Source: Camelus dromedarius (lineage: Eukaryota). From it: a DNA stretch of 64,000 nt. Positions 24,451-37,900 of this stretch are shown here, piece by piece (positions within the stretch are counted from its first letter, which is position 1; each line of letters opens with the position of its first letter). The stretch covers positions 104,968,001 through 105,032,000 of the forward strand of contig NC_087437.1 in the NCBI RefSeq assembly GCF_036321535.1, read 5' to 3'. A program made the translations under genes and the position numbers. Below the pieces are notes generated by a model, which searched no databases, was not told the origin of the DNA, and saw only the letters and a program-made list of their open reading frames with translations.

Positions 24451-26528
24451 ACAAACATACGTCCTTATTTGCTTTATATATGTGTATTCGAAATATAAAC
24501 ATATATATTTACTAAATACAAATATATGTGTGTTGAACACAAAGTATATATGTAGCAAGTGTAAATATGCAAATACGTGCTTATGCACATATACAGTCTA
24601 AATATTTGATGTATATGTACTAAATAGAAACACAAATCTAGGATTTACTTTCCACGGTTTCAAGTAAAACTTGTTATAAATGATTGCTTCATTTTATAGT
24701 GTGATGAATACAATTTACCAATTTTTAAAGCTAAGATTTTAAATTCAGTTGTACAGATAAATGTAACTTCTAATTTAAAATTTATTCCAAAAATGAATGC
24801 CTGTTGATAAAATCCATCTTTAATTAGTTGGCACTAGGTATTTATAAATAAACTGTAGATCTTCTACCATCTCCATAAAATACAATAATGAAGTATTTGA
24901 CAACCCTGGAAGATCAAACATTGCAATTTCTATAAGTTTTATAATGAGATTATTTTTCTGTTTTTTTTGTAGTAATTTCATTTTAAAGAAATATTAACAA
25001 AATGGCCCTTTTCTTACTTAAATATGTGTAACACCATTTCTTTGCTGAAATTCAAGTGTCAGGGAGAAAAATCAAATTATAAAACCATCTTAAAGATCTT
25101 CTTTAAATGATTATTCTAAAAGCCTTTTAATCAGAGTTGTCAAGTAAATGTATTACATGTTTTAATATCTCAGTGACATCTTTTTCATGTTTTTTTCTTG
25201 GCAAAAATAACAAGAGAAACAAAATGAGTTTCTTTTACACTGAAATGAAAACTTCAAAGTTGCTATTGATCTTTTCACATCACATCAAAACTACATTGAT
25301 TGTAAACCAGACAAACTGTTGGTAATAAAAAGCAAGTCTAGAGTAATTTTAGAAGTTGTAAGTTGGTCTAAGTTAGCAAATGGAGAAAGTTGGGTTTTCT
25401 AAAGAGGTCTCTCAGGGCTTTGCTGTAAAAGGACAATTCCACAAGGCACTGCGGCTGTAAACGTGGCCTTGTCCGAGCAGCACACTTTGCGTTGTCAGTG
25501 CCAGAAGCGGAACTTTGTCAGACACCTGCTTGGTATGAAGAGGATTTTAGAGCCCCTTCCTCCACCATCTCCTCCAAGAGCTCCAGAATTTCCTTTTTAT
25601 CAAATATGCCAGATTTAATCTCACTTTCAGTGGGAGGATTATAAGCATAACACTCGAAGAAGCTGCTAATTTTGCAGGTGCCAGAAGTTTTTTGCTCTGT
25701 GAGAAATGACTCACTATCTACTGAAATTTTCTCATCTCAAGTTTCCTATGTCCCTGTGAGGTCAAGCAATTATAGTACATCAAAGACCCAGTTTTTAAAA
25801 ATATCTAAAACAGTAAAATACCTAATATTATTTTACAAAGTGTGGTGAATTTACTTTGGGTAATAACTATGTAGCATGTCAAAAGACCACTTACCACTAC
25901 AATTATCATATAGATTATATACTATATAGCATGTGTTAAGTGTACTCTATGCTACTGTATTTACACAGTAGTATAATATCTACAATATGTATATATGTAT
26001 ATAAGCACGCATGCTTTCTGATTCAAATATTAATTTATTCATTGTTACTCATGCAATGAATATTTATGGAACTACTAGCATTGGCCAGGCACTGAAGGTG
26101 TCAATCGACAAGAAAACTATGATCCTTGTCCTCATAAAACTTACAGCTTTGTGAAGATGATGAGTTAATGTTAATGGAAATACTGTAACAGTGTGCACTA
26201 TGCATTGGGTTAACTACTTGCTTGTATTATCTGATATAATTTTTTATAAAAGTTTACTGGTAAATATTACTGAAGCTTAGAAAGTAAACCTAGCTAAAAT
26301 CATTTCATTGACAAATAGCATGAAGCCATTTGAACACAAAGTCTAGGCACTTGTTCAATAAGCCATGTCTATGGTTACAGACATTGAGGTTGCTTATTAA
26401 ACATCTTCTCTGTGCCAGACTAACAGAATTTGGGAATACAGACTTAATTAATAAGACAGATTATTCCTCATTAGACCTTACATTCTATCAGGAAAGATAA
26501 AATAGTAACAAGTAAACATATAATTTTC

Positions 26529-26853
26529 TTTTTTTTTTTTTAATGGAAGTAGAGTCTGTTACAATATGTCAATTTCTGGTGTACAGCACAATGTCCCAAT
26601 CATACATATACATACATATATTCATTTTCATATTCTTTCTCATTAAAGATTGTTACAAGATATTGAACATAGTTCCCTGTGCTACATAGAAGAAACTTTT
26701 TAAAATCTATTTTGATATATAGTGGCTAACATTTGTAAATCTCAAACTCTCAAATTTCTCTCTTCCCACCTGCTTTCCCAGGTAACCATAAGATTGTTTA
26801 CTATGTCTGTGAATCTGTTTCTGTTTTGTAGATGAGTCTGTAATGTCCTTTTT
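26529..26853 (-). mobile_element. 5'-truncated L1 3' fragment (older subfamily than the full-length copy)
   Basis: Poly(T) 26529-26541 followed by reverse-complement L1 3'UTR (GTACAGCACAATGTCCCA.., TAGTTCCCTGTGCTA..). Confidence 0.85.
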
Positions 26854-27496
26854 TAAAAAATAATTTTTAAGTAGGTATAAATTTTATAAGAAGAGTGAAG
26901 TCAGATATGCATTACAGAAGTAAAATAGGTTTATTTTATATAAGGTAGTAAGGGAGCTCCTCAGTGAAGAGGTAACATTTGTGCATGGTCCTGAACGAAC
27001 TGAAGATAAATTCAAGCACAGGCCTTGGGGAAGGTCAAATAGATAAATCCTGAAATGAGAACAAATTCCCTGTGTTTAATAACCCCCAATAAAACTACCA
27101 CCAATGAAGGTGAATAAGTGAGCAAGGGAGTGGTGGGGGATGAAGAGACAGGCATAAACACAGATCAGAGCAGGTGGGGTCTTGCTGACTACAGCAAACA
27201 CGTTTAGATTTGACTATGGGTGCAATCAGAGCCATTATTGATCAAGGAAATCATTATGACATCCAGCAATTATTTAGATCCAGGTAGACTGAAACCATAG
27301 AGCTGAAACAGCTGTTGATTACAAATAAGTGGAAGTAAGAAATTAGAAGACAGAGATATGATCAAAACTATGCTGTCTGGATTTATTGTGTTAGATGATT
27401 AATAATAATGATGATAATAGTTACTACTACTATTAATAATAGAGGTTGGATGGGAATCATAAAGTCAATTTATACTTTTAAAACACTCAGATGAAA

Positions 27497-27645
27497 GGGG
27501 GGAGAGTATAGCTCAAGCAGTAAAGTGCATTCTTAGCATGCACGAGGTCCTGGATTCAATCCCCAGTACCTCCTCTAAAAATAAATAAACCTAATTACCT
27601 CCTCCCCCAAAATAAAATAATTAAAATAATACAATAATAAATAAA
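27497..27645 (+). mobile_element. tRNA-Ala-derived SINE (camelid Vic-1-type), copy 1
   Basis: GGGGGGAGAGTATAGCTCAAGCAGTAAAG..CTTAGCATGCACGAGGTCCTGGATTCAATCCCCAGTACCTCC, then an A-rich body with CCTAATTACCTCC and an A/T tail. A and B boxes are degenerate. Confidence 0.85.
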
Positions 27646-27660
27646 ATATTTTTAGAAAGT

Positions 27661-27826
27661 GGGGGAGGTTATAGCTCAGTGGTAGAGCATGTGCCTAGCA
27701 TGCATGAGGTCCTGGGTTCAATCCCCAGTACCTCCATCAAAAATTAAAAAAATAAAATAAAATTAAATAAATAAACAAACAAGCCTAATTATCTCCCCCT
27801 TAAAAAAAATTAAATTAAATTAAATT
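27661..27826 (+). mobile_element. tRNA-Ala-derived SINE (camelid Vic-1-type), copy 2
   Basis: A box TAGCTCAGTGG (27672-27682), B box GGTTCAATCCC (27715-27725), tRNA-Ala(AGC)-like head, CCTAATTATCTCCCCC, and (TAAAT)n tail. Confidence 0.9.
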
Positions 27827-27945
27827 AAAAATGTGACAATGAATATATATATGTTCATGTATAATTGAAAAATTGTGCTCTACACTGGAGTTTGACACAA
27901 CATTGTAAAATGATTATAAATCAATAAAAAATGTTAAAAAAAAAA
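27827..27945 (+). mobile_element. L1 extreme 3' end fused to the SINE tail
   Basis: Similar to ~16996-17110 of the full-length L1; the terminal TTTGACACAACATTGTAAAATGATTATAAATCAATAAAAAATGTTAAAAA is identical. Confidence 0.9.
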
Positions 27946-28004
27946 GTCAGATGATGTTCTTGTGGTCATACCACACATGCATGTGGAAAAGAAATATTTC
28001 ATGA

Positions 28005-28266
28005 TAATTTGGAAGTTTGAGAGTTGCAAGTGTTTGACACTATATATAAAAATAGATTAAAAAAATTTCTTCTGTATAGCACAGGGAACTATATTCAATA
28101 TCTTGTGATAACCTTTAATGAGAAAGAATATGAAATGAATATATGTATGTATATGCATGACTGGGACATTGTGCTGTACACTAGAAACTGACACATTGTA
28201 AATGACTATTTTTCAATTTAAAAAATAATAAACTAAAAAAATAAAGATTATCTACAACCCTCGCAA
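28005..28266 (+). mobile_element. 5'-truncated L1 3' fragment with 18-bp TSD
   Basis: TSD AAAAGAAATATTTCATGA at 27987-28004 and 28267-28284; contains TATAGCACAGGGAACTATATTCAATATCTTG; same subfamily as 26529-26853. Confidence 0.9.
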
Positions 28267-29776
28267 AAAAGAAATATTTCATGACATTAAAAAAGGTTTA
28301 TAATGCAGATAAATATCACATAAAAGTTTAAAATACAAAAGAGAAAATTTGAAATAGCAGCTAAAGACGAGGGATGAGGCAAGGGAGGTCAGAGAAAATC
28401 TCCAAAGTCTTATGCATTTGCGCTGTCAGCTCTCAGAGGTTGAAATGGGACAAGGAAATCTGAGACTGCACATAGTTTAGGGCAACTGCCTTCTAAAAGC
28501 GTGGTCCGGGGCACCAAAGCAGAGAGAAGGATTTCCCAAAACGCAGAAAGCGGGAGGTGGGATTAGAGAGTCAGGAAAATTCCCCAGCCACTCGCAAAGC
28601 TAGCAGTCTTGTGGTAAAGCTGATTCTCAGTTACATCCTGCTCTTCTTGGGTATAATGCACTCCCTTTTTTCCTCACTGGTTATAGGCCTTCATAATACA
28701 TTAACCTGTATTTTCTGACAACCTTTTCAATTAAACAAAAAATACGACCTGAGTAAAACCCTCTATCATTCTACTCTTCAATGTCAAAGCAACAGAGAAA
28801 AAATTGAGCTAAGGTGGGTGTCATATGAAGCTAACTCTATTACATCTGTCCCCTGATTCAGGTGATGCTATAACATGGCTGGGAACATCTCCCCCTTTTA
28901 TTGACTTAAACCAAATTCTAAACCCACCACATGATCATAGAGTAAAAATATGGCTCTATCATTGCTGTATACTATGTCATGGAATATTTATATTTTTTGT
29001 TCTTGGTAAGATTTTCTTGGCTTTCCTGGCCAGGAACCTGCCACAGATCTTCAATGAAGCCAAGCTCTAGACAGTTCAGATGTTTGTGTTTGACATATTT
29101 ATGTCACCTTCTTTCCTGTACATGAGAGTGTCAAGGAGAAGACTATGGTAACCATGGAGATGCAGGCCTGGCTAATGATTGAGCTGCATTTTTAGGACCA
29201 GTTAGAAACACTCTGTGAGGGCTAAAGAATGAAAGCAAGTTTCAATCAATAAGTTTTACGAATATTTACCTTATAATTATCACAAATGCAATCCTTAAAA
29301 TATGGATCAGGATGTTCTTACAGTATGTTAGGGTATTGAATCTGTCTTACTCTTTCCCTAACAAGTGATTCTTTTTTTCTCCAGCAATGCCTATCTTCAA
29401 TGTTCAAGTCTTTCAAATTTAAACATTATGTTGCATTTCTCTTCTTCAAGTTAAATCCATTGTTGAATCCTGCCATGTTTTCTTAATTTTATGTAATTAA
29501 GGTTTGATATGGATATTTAGCCAATATTTTAGCTTAGTAATCCACCTCAAGCTTAAATTACTAAACTATTCCTTCAAATGGCTTCCTTTTACTTTCTCTC
29601 CATCTCTTGTTGATAAGGCAGATAACATATGGGTTCATATTAATACAGCTGTTCTTGTGTTGATTTTTAACACACTTTTTGTATATTTATTTTTGACTAT
29701 AACCATTTTGGGCTTTAGGTTTGTATATTATATAAATAGACGTGTTCTGCTGTTATTTTAATCAATAGACAATTGT

Positions 29777-29823
29777 CTATATATATATATATATAATAGA
29801 GAGAGAGAGAGAGAGAGAGGGAG
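29777..29823. repeat. Compound (TA)n(GA)n microsatellite
   Basis: Directly visible. Confidence 0.9.
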
Positions 29824-31609
29824 AATGGCCTCCACCTTGCCCTGCTAGAAATGAACCCTTTGTTATTAAGTTTTATACTGTATGCAAATGACTCTAAAGT
29901 ACTATTTTGCTACATTAATTAATTTGTACCAATACTACACTTGTTTTGTAGTAGTTTTACAGTATGTTTTCATATCTGATCAAGCACATTCTCACTAGTT
30001 ATTTTCTTTTTCAAAGTAGTTTTCACACCTTAACTTTATCCAATCTTACAGGTCAACTACATCTCAATAACAAATGTAGTTTTGATGCATTTTGCATCCT
30101 TTAATCCAGTGAAGTTGACACATAAAATTAACCATCACACCTCTCTTTTTCAAAAGTCAGTTTAGTCTTGTCTTTCACTAAAATGTTCTGATCTCTTAAT
30201 ATAGAACTTATACATCTAATGTTAAATTTATTCCTAGAAACTCAATGGATTCTTTAATGAATAGAGTCTTCTTTCTATGAGAATGTAGAGTTAGGTATGA
30301 CTTTGTATTGGAATGATAAGATGTGCTTGTGCGTTGATTTTTAATCTGACTGCTTGGCTAAACTAATTTATAAGTTCTAATATTGTGTCAGCTTATTATC
30401 TTTGTAGATATTACATAAAAATAGCAATAATTTAACAAAATAGCCTGAATGAGCAAACAGGAATTTCAGTGGGAAACAAACTAGAACTACAATTAATGTC
30501 ATTCTTTGGGGAACCTTGATTAACAGACTGAATTCTGATAAATCTGATTGCCAAGTCCCAAAGTCACAATTTACAAAGACATTATATAGAAGGAAAAGCA
30601 TACGTTTATGAGAAGTCATGTAAGGGCACAGGGTCGGACATGTTCATAGAGCCCATTCATTATTCTCTATGTCATTTACCTAGTGTTACCTACCTCAGAT
30701 AATTACCTTTGTATCAATTAAGTGCTATTATATGCAAAATACTAAAAGGAATTTAAACCAGTCTGCTGTGTGAGTGCACATATGTCCACATGTTCATGTG
30801 TTATATCTAGCAAGTTTTTATTTTACTTCATTAAACAGCAAAGAATAACATAGCAATTAGAGGAAAAGCAGAGACACAAACTCACATGCAAAGCCCCTTC
30901 TGCTGTTTGCATGCTTATTAGCCAATGTCCTCAGTGAAAATCACTATCATTATTAAGAGGTGGTAAATGTCTTCTTATCATAAATAATCAAAAGATGGTA
31001 AACTGAGTGATGAAGCATTTGTGATGTCCCTGAGGTTTGAAGCGTGATAAAAAAAAGTGATTATTTTTCTAAATGTGACTTGGTTTGACTTTTGTGGAGA
31101 AAGCATGCTGACTTATTTGACTTTTCCCCCTTTGTTAATGATAATTATTTCAATTTCTAAGATCTTTTAAAGGACTGACAGTAATCGCTAAAGGGCTTGC
31201 TATGTTTGTGGTTATCATAAGCCCATTTAATTATTAGCTATTCATAAATTGCAAATATTTATAAAGAGTGGACAGCCATCTTTCTAAGCTGTCTTTCTGT
31301 AGCCAGGTCAGTGGACTACATAATATCAAAGGGCTCAACCTGTAAAAAATAATGAATCTACTTGAAGAAACCCTTTCCTCGATGAGTTTTCCTTTGACCT
31401 AAAAATTCTGAAATCACATCAAAAAATAAGATTTATTCCAAATTAGTTTTTATATAACAACTATCAAATAAGTCCATTTCCAGAAAAAGACCAAAGATGT
31501 GATATTTAATAAAATTATTTCAGCTAAGTTTATTATTTTAGCCCATAAGTGTAAGGAATGATATTGGTTGGAGGTCTTTTGATCCTCACCAAACTGCCTT
31601 TATTATTAT

Positions 31610-31770
31610 AATACCATCAGCATCACCAGACAACTTATGAGAAATGCGGAATCTCCAACCCCACCCTAGACCCACTGAAACAGAAGCTTTCAAGATGAGA
31701 TCAGTAATGTGTGTTTCAACTGTCCCCACAAGAGAACCGGAGAAACACTTAAATTTAAGAACCACTGGAC
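31610..31770 (+). mobile_element. MER5A-like hAT relic
   Basis: CATCAGCATCACC..AGAAATGCGGAATCTCCAACCCCACCCTAGACCCACTGAAACAGAA..TTTAAGAACCACTG. Confidence 0.65.
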
Positions 31771-32155
31771 TAAGTGATTATTTACTTCTTGAGGGAGCTG
31801 CATTCCAAAAGGGGAAGATACAAGCAAATGGACACATAGCCAAGAATGGAAGTCCGAGCATTATTTCTGAAAGAAGATAGTGTGTAGGAAAAAAGAAAAT
31901 CTTCCTTTTCCTCTAAGGAAGTAAAATAAAACATTCCTGGGAGTAAAATAATAATGAACATTTATTCTGACCCTTCCCAATGCCCAGTACACAGGGCATT
32001 CTCTCATCATTAGTTGGTCAGCCAGAAACAATGGCTCTGTTAGAAATGATCCAGTACACCCAGAAAAGTTAAAGACCTCATTCTAAGCCTTCCTCCTCTT
32101 CCAGTTATTTTGGTAGACTTCCCTCCATATACTCTCCAATAAAGAAAACTCTCTT

Positions 32156-32574
32156 TTTTTTTTTTCTTAGAGTTTTATTGAGATGTAATTGACATACAGC
32201 ATTTTACAAAGTTAAGGTATACAGTATAATGGCTTGACTTACATACACCATGAAATTATCATCACAATAAGTTTAGTGAACACCCATCATTTCATATATG
32301 TATAATAAAAACAAAAGAAAAAATTTTTTTTCCTTGTGATGAGAACTCTTTGGATTCGCTCTTTTAACCACTTTCGTGTATAACATACATCAGGGTTAAT
32401 GGTCAGTCATATTGTACATTACCTCCTTAGTCCATATTTATCTTGTAACTACAAGTCGGTGGCTATTGACCATCTTCATCACCATATGAAGTTATGACAG
32501 TATGACTGACTATATTCCATATGCTGTACATTTTCTTCCCTGTGGCTCATTTATTTTGTAACTGGAAGTCTGAG
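32156..32574 (-). mobile_element. Old L1 (L1MA-like) 3' fragment
   Basis: Poly(T), then TTTTATTGAGATGTAATTGACATACAGCA..; candidate TSD AACTCTCTT at 32147-32155 and 32575-32583. Confidence 0.8.
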
Positions 32575-34729
32575 AACTCTCTTATCTAGCTTAGATGGCA
32601 GAGATAGTTTGAAAAGCTATGCTACTTCCTCCCTAAACCTGCCAGACTATTGTTTCTCTATTACTATGCTGAAAGCAGACTAGTGAAGTGGTAATATTGG
32701 AGAGAAAACTTTGATGTAAGGGAGTCACCCCAGATTAGCACTACAAAAGAATCCAATTATACTTACGCACAAAGGTCATGTTGCAGGCATTTTCTTGGAT
32801 CCCATCCAAGTGCACAACATCCACCTTTTGGCCCTGCACCCACTGATTTTTAGATTTTGAGATGGCACTTTCTATTTATTATGAAAACCTCTTTGCCTGC
32901 CAAAATCTGGATTTTCTATCCTGACATATGAGAAAATGGTCCATCTGGTTCTCCACGTGGCCTGTTGAGAGGCGCTGACTTTTGGTTACTCCCGTGGCAA
33001 CTAGTTCCCCAACTAGTGACTCTGATTTCTCTGGCTCTTCAATAAAGAGACAGGCTCTCCTCAGCCAGCACATCCTCAGAATTTGTCATTACTTATTTAG
33101 TGGACAATCACCTCCCTTGAAACCCCTGAAGAGTTGAGATCACTTCTTGTTGCCTCTGAACCTCTGATAAAGCAAAAGGTATGGAAAAGAAATAAGTATT
33201 TAGTTTCACAGCTGATGCTCAAAACAACCTCATGAGGTACACACTATTATTATTTATCAAGTAAACATGTGTGATTCAGAAAGGTTAAATAACTTGCCCA
33301 AAATCACATCTGGGAAATGAAGGCATCTAAACCCTGATGAGGTTTCTTGTTTTTCAAAGGCATCTTTCCCAGAGGTGGAAATATAAATCCCCTGGAGATG
33401 CAAAATAATGTTCAAATTCAGGAACTTATTTGACCAAAATATTGTGAAATTCCTCTTAAAATCTTAAGGTTTGGATTTGGAAGAAACAGCTATACGATTT
33501 TCAAATTTTTATTTGGTAAGATAAAAATAGAGGTCCAGGAGGCTGAACCATGTGTCCAACCCCTCCCCACCAACCTAGTTTGTAGCAGAAGCAAAATTAA
33601 AATACATGTTCTGTCTCCTTATTTAAGTCTTCCTTCTTTACCTTTATTTTGTTCCCCCTCTTTCCTTCTCTGCAATATATTGTCCCATTTCTTTTGCAAG
33701 CAGCCTATTTCTTTGCTGGATGCTAGGAGAACACTTCTCAAGGTAGAATTAAAGTTATTCTGAGTCTTAAGTAATTTGCTCACTTCTGGAGATTGACACT
33801 GTGGGTTTCACTTTGCCTTGAAGTTCCTCCTCCCCTCACTAACATCCATATAGAATGTAGAATCCCCTTTAAGGTGATTTACCAAACATATCATATATCA
33901 GTGCTCCAACATGAAGCCCTGATCCAGATCCAAAAACACCCAAGTTTTCTTAAAATTCACCATGTGTATGTGTGCAAACTAAATTTTAAACTAACATTCA
34001 GTTTCAGAAGATGGGCTACTTGGATTTAAAATTCATTCTAGAATACTTTATAGATAAAACACTAAAAAACAGAAAGCTCATATAGATTCTTAACAACTTC
34101 ACATGCAAATACAAGGAGAAATAGTCACTATATACATATTCTAGGAATCACCACAGAGAATGCAGCAAAACAAATGCCATGAAACGGAGAAAATATTTAC
34201 TGTATTGCTTTTAGGACGGTCAGTGTTTGATATAGAATGTGAGATTCTTCCTACATTAGGAATATGAGCCGAGGTGTTCTGCGCAAGAAGAAGCACAGTT
34301 GTGCTCTTCCAGGGAGAAAAAGAGAGAGGGGATAGAGGATGACATACTGGGAGGTAAAGCCAGTGGATGGTAGAGGCTTAGTGCTATAGTGTTGGGGAAT
34401 TCCCCTATGTATGCCATCCTCTCCAGTGAATTCTGTAAACTCATTAACTTCCTGCGGGTAATTGTTTCTGGAAACAAAAGATATAAATTCCTCACAAAAA
34501 TTAACATGTGGCAAAATATGTGGAATATGCAAACATGGAGGCAAAAAATAACAAGTTCCATGAACTTACAGAATTCGTGGGGTCTACTCTGAACTGCTAA
34601 AACCAGAGTGTTGAGACATAATCAGTTGTCTCAGAGATAGACAGTGCTTCTCAGAGAACAGAAGCGTCCCATCAAGTGCTACCCTCCAAATTCTAGACTT
34701 CTCTATTAGTTGAAAATATCTAGCTCATT

Positions 34730-34965
34730 AGAAATGGTTAAGCAAATGAGCTCTAGACAGAGTCTCTGTGTTTGAATCTTGACTCTACCATTGACAACCT
34801 GTAAAACCTTGGTTAATACTTCTTAACTTCTCTATGCCTCTATAAAATGGAAATAATAATTCCTTTTTTTTTTTTTTAAGGTTCTTTTGAGTATTAAAGA
34901 AACCCATGCAATACGTTTAGTAAGAGTGCCTGGCACAGTGTGCTAAACACATCTTAGCTATTATT
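34730..34965 (+). mobile_element. MIR SINE
   Basis: TTTGAATCTTGACTCTACCA..CTTAACTTCTCTATGCCTC..TAAAATGGAAATAATAAT..GTGCCTGGCACAGTG core. Confidence 0.75.
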
Positions 34966-37900
34966 ATTAATAGTAAAATTTTCAGCAGCCATTCTATAGC
35001 CTGTCCACCCTGTTCTTGGCACTTTGACAGAGGTTTTTCAAACCTCACCACATCATACCGATATTCTAATAAAACCCAAGCCATTTGATGAGAGGTGACT
35101 TTTTGACTACACACTTCAGCCTAGTCAGCAGTGTCATATGGTTACCATGTTACATCCACCTTCCAAGCTTCTTCCTCCTCTACCTATCCATAAATACCAA
35201 GTATTATGTACTTCCCAATCCTATCTTCCCACTTTCAAAGCACTCCGTATCTCCACTCTACCCACAAACAACATATCCCACGGTTTCCCGTGCCAGTTGG
35301 TAGGAATGCTTCATTCAACACACTTGCTGGGATCAGCCCATAAGAATAAAAGGAAACTAACATCTATTCACTATGTTTCTTATATATTTCTTGATCTCAC
35401 AATGTCATTAATACTTAGTATCTGCCATTTTCTTTCAGTAACGATCAGACTGCAGAAGTTCTCAAATCCATTCATTCAAAGAACAGTTCCTCAACCTGCT
35501 TCCTCTCCAGCTAAGATTTTATCATTATATTTTTCAAAAGTATAGTCTATTTGCCTTTCTTCACCTTCAAGCTATTCAATACCTTGAAATACGAACCGTG
35601 TTTCAATAGAATCTTAGTTTTTAACACTCTTAAGGAAAAAGTTCTGTGTGTATGTACACCCATGTGTGTATTTGCTCCAAAGTGAATAATCTTAAATCCG
35701 CTTGTTACCTTGCTTGCATGACTCACTCTCATTTTGATACCTCGACTATCTATTTTAGGTCAATGCTTATTACTGATTTTATTCATCTATACATGTTGAT
35801 CCTAATCATAGAAAAATTTTGACTTGGCTATTCACCCTTAAATATATTCTGTTTGCCACATTATTACTTTCTTCTATCTCCTCTGAAACTGAAGCCCTGA
35901 ATTACCTAAATGTGGTTTGAAGCACCTCATTTTATAGGATGTGATTTGAGAGCCCTGTAGGAGACCCAGGGCTGGCCAGGATCCTGACAGCTCCCATCCA
36001 GGATGCTGACTCTGGAATCCTAGCTCCAGACACCAATGAATATTTCTTACCTGCATTTCAGGAAATTTCTAGGTAACTAGAAGACCTAGGGGAAGGGCAT
36101 GGCTGCTAAAACAGTCATGTCCAATGGAATCAGTAAATGCTGCATTTTAATGTATATAATTTTTAAAGATGGTAAGAATGAAAATAAGTTTTCTATTTGC
36201 CATTTTTTTTTAACTTACAGGAAAATTAAATGAATTCATGCTGTGCATTTTCAAAAAACAGGATTCTCATAGAAACACAAAAACTTTTCACAATCTTAAT
36301 GGCAGATCGTGAGTCTGATTCCACCATTTTACCACAGAAGGGACAGAAATTTCCCAAGGTCCTACTGTTAGTTAATATTCTGGATGACTCAGGGCAATGT
36401 TGCTATGATTAAACAAGAGTGACTTTCCCGAAATTGAATATTATGAGACTTCTAAAGTATTATTCTATAATATTTGTTTCTAGTCTAATAAAGTTTTTCC
36501 ATATAAAGACATTCTTGACATTTTATCATATCAAATGAGTGCAGTTAATATACGAGTATTTACACTTTGGGCCACTTTTAATTATAAATATAAAGATCCA
36601 GGAGACAGAGAAGAGAATTGTGGGAGAGAACACATACTTTGCAAATGGAGTTTGCGTTAGCCTACAGTGAAAACACAGATAAATAACTCCCGTACTCCTA
36701 GTGGTAGCTGAATCAAAACCACAAAATAAAGGTAGTTGAAGAGACATGGGCAGTGATACAGGGATCACTTAGTGAGGAAAGCAGTAAGGTGGATATAAAG
36801 TTTTCCTGACTATCTCTACCATCACAGCACAGAGAAAAACAAGTCAGTGTCACAGCGTACATTATCTGTCAATAAGACATATAACAGCTCAGTGTTAGAA
36901 GCACTTTTTTCTTAATGGCACAGTACCCTGAGTGGAATCAGTCACCAGGAACGTTTGTCAGAGTTCACCAATAATACTGCCAATGGCAAGGCGTGGGCTT
37001 AAAAAACCCTGTTAATTTTTCTGAACTTTACAAGAAATTCAAGCCTACGACTTCTTTGTAAATTGTCCTTCAATGAAATAGTGTGAAGTTACGTTGGAGT
37101 CAAGATGTAGGGTCTAAAAGGAATGCCCAGTTGTTTGGTACAACTGTCAAAAGGCAAAGATAAAGCATCATTCTCAGACCATTGCTTTCAAAGTGAATGT
37201 TGCTTCAGTTGAAGTTCTGAGAAAAGTGAGTGCTGTGGTTATGAAGACCGAGGTTGCCGGGTACTTGGTTGGGAGCTATCCACAGAGGAGGTCAGTGGAG
37301 GTACCTGAATGGAAAGACTGTTCTCAGAAAGCAGTTACTAATGAACTCACACACTTGCCTAAGCTTTTGAGAGTGGAAGGAAGAGGCTGCAGTTTAGAGC
37401 ATGGAAGAATTTCTTTGTCATCTTGAAGAGTAATATCTCAATTAGTCACTGGGGTGCAAGACCGTAACACTGAAATGGATGTTTGTTTTTTTATAAAAAG
37501 CTGGGCATATCATTGTCGAATCCAGTGGTTTCAACTTCTTGGGCATTTGTATCATTAGCTGTGGCCCTGCTAGAACCTGAGTGATAATAGTTTTTATTAG
37601 TTTCTGAAGACTGTTAACAAATTGGGCTTCATCCATCACTCTGTACTTCCCTAGTTTTATGAAAGTATGTCCACCCATTTTTGGTTATCTATTAGAGAGT
37701 TTCTGTTGGATAATGATTCCAATTGGTGATAAGTAGAGAATTCATTGAAAATAGTGGCTGAGCCTGAATTTGGGTGGATCTTAGAAAGTCAAAAAAAAGA
37801 ATCTCTGTTAAAAAAAAAAACTAACCCATATCTAAAGATTGTACATTTTTCTTGCAACTAAAGTACTGCCTAATAAGCAGGAAATGGATTCAATTTCGTT

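Noticed and set aside
27661..27737. Functional tRNA-Ala(AGC) gene
   Set aside because: The head resembles tRNA-Ala with A/B boxes, but it has CpG-decay changes, no oligo-T terminator, and a SINE body and A-rich tail shared with the adjacent copy.
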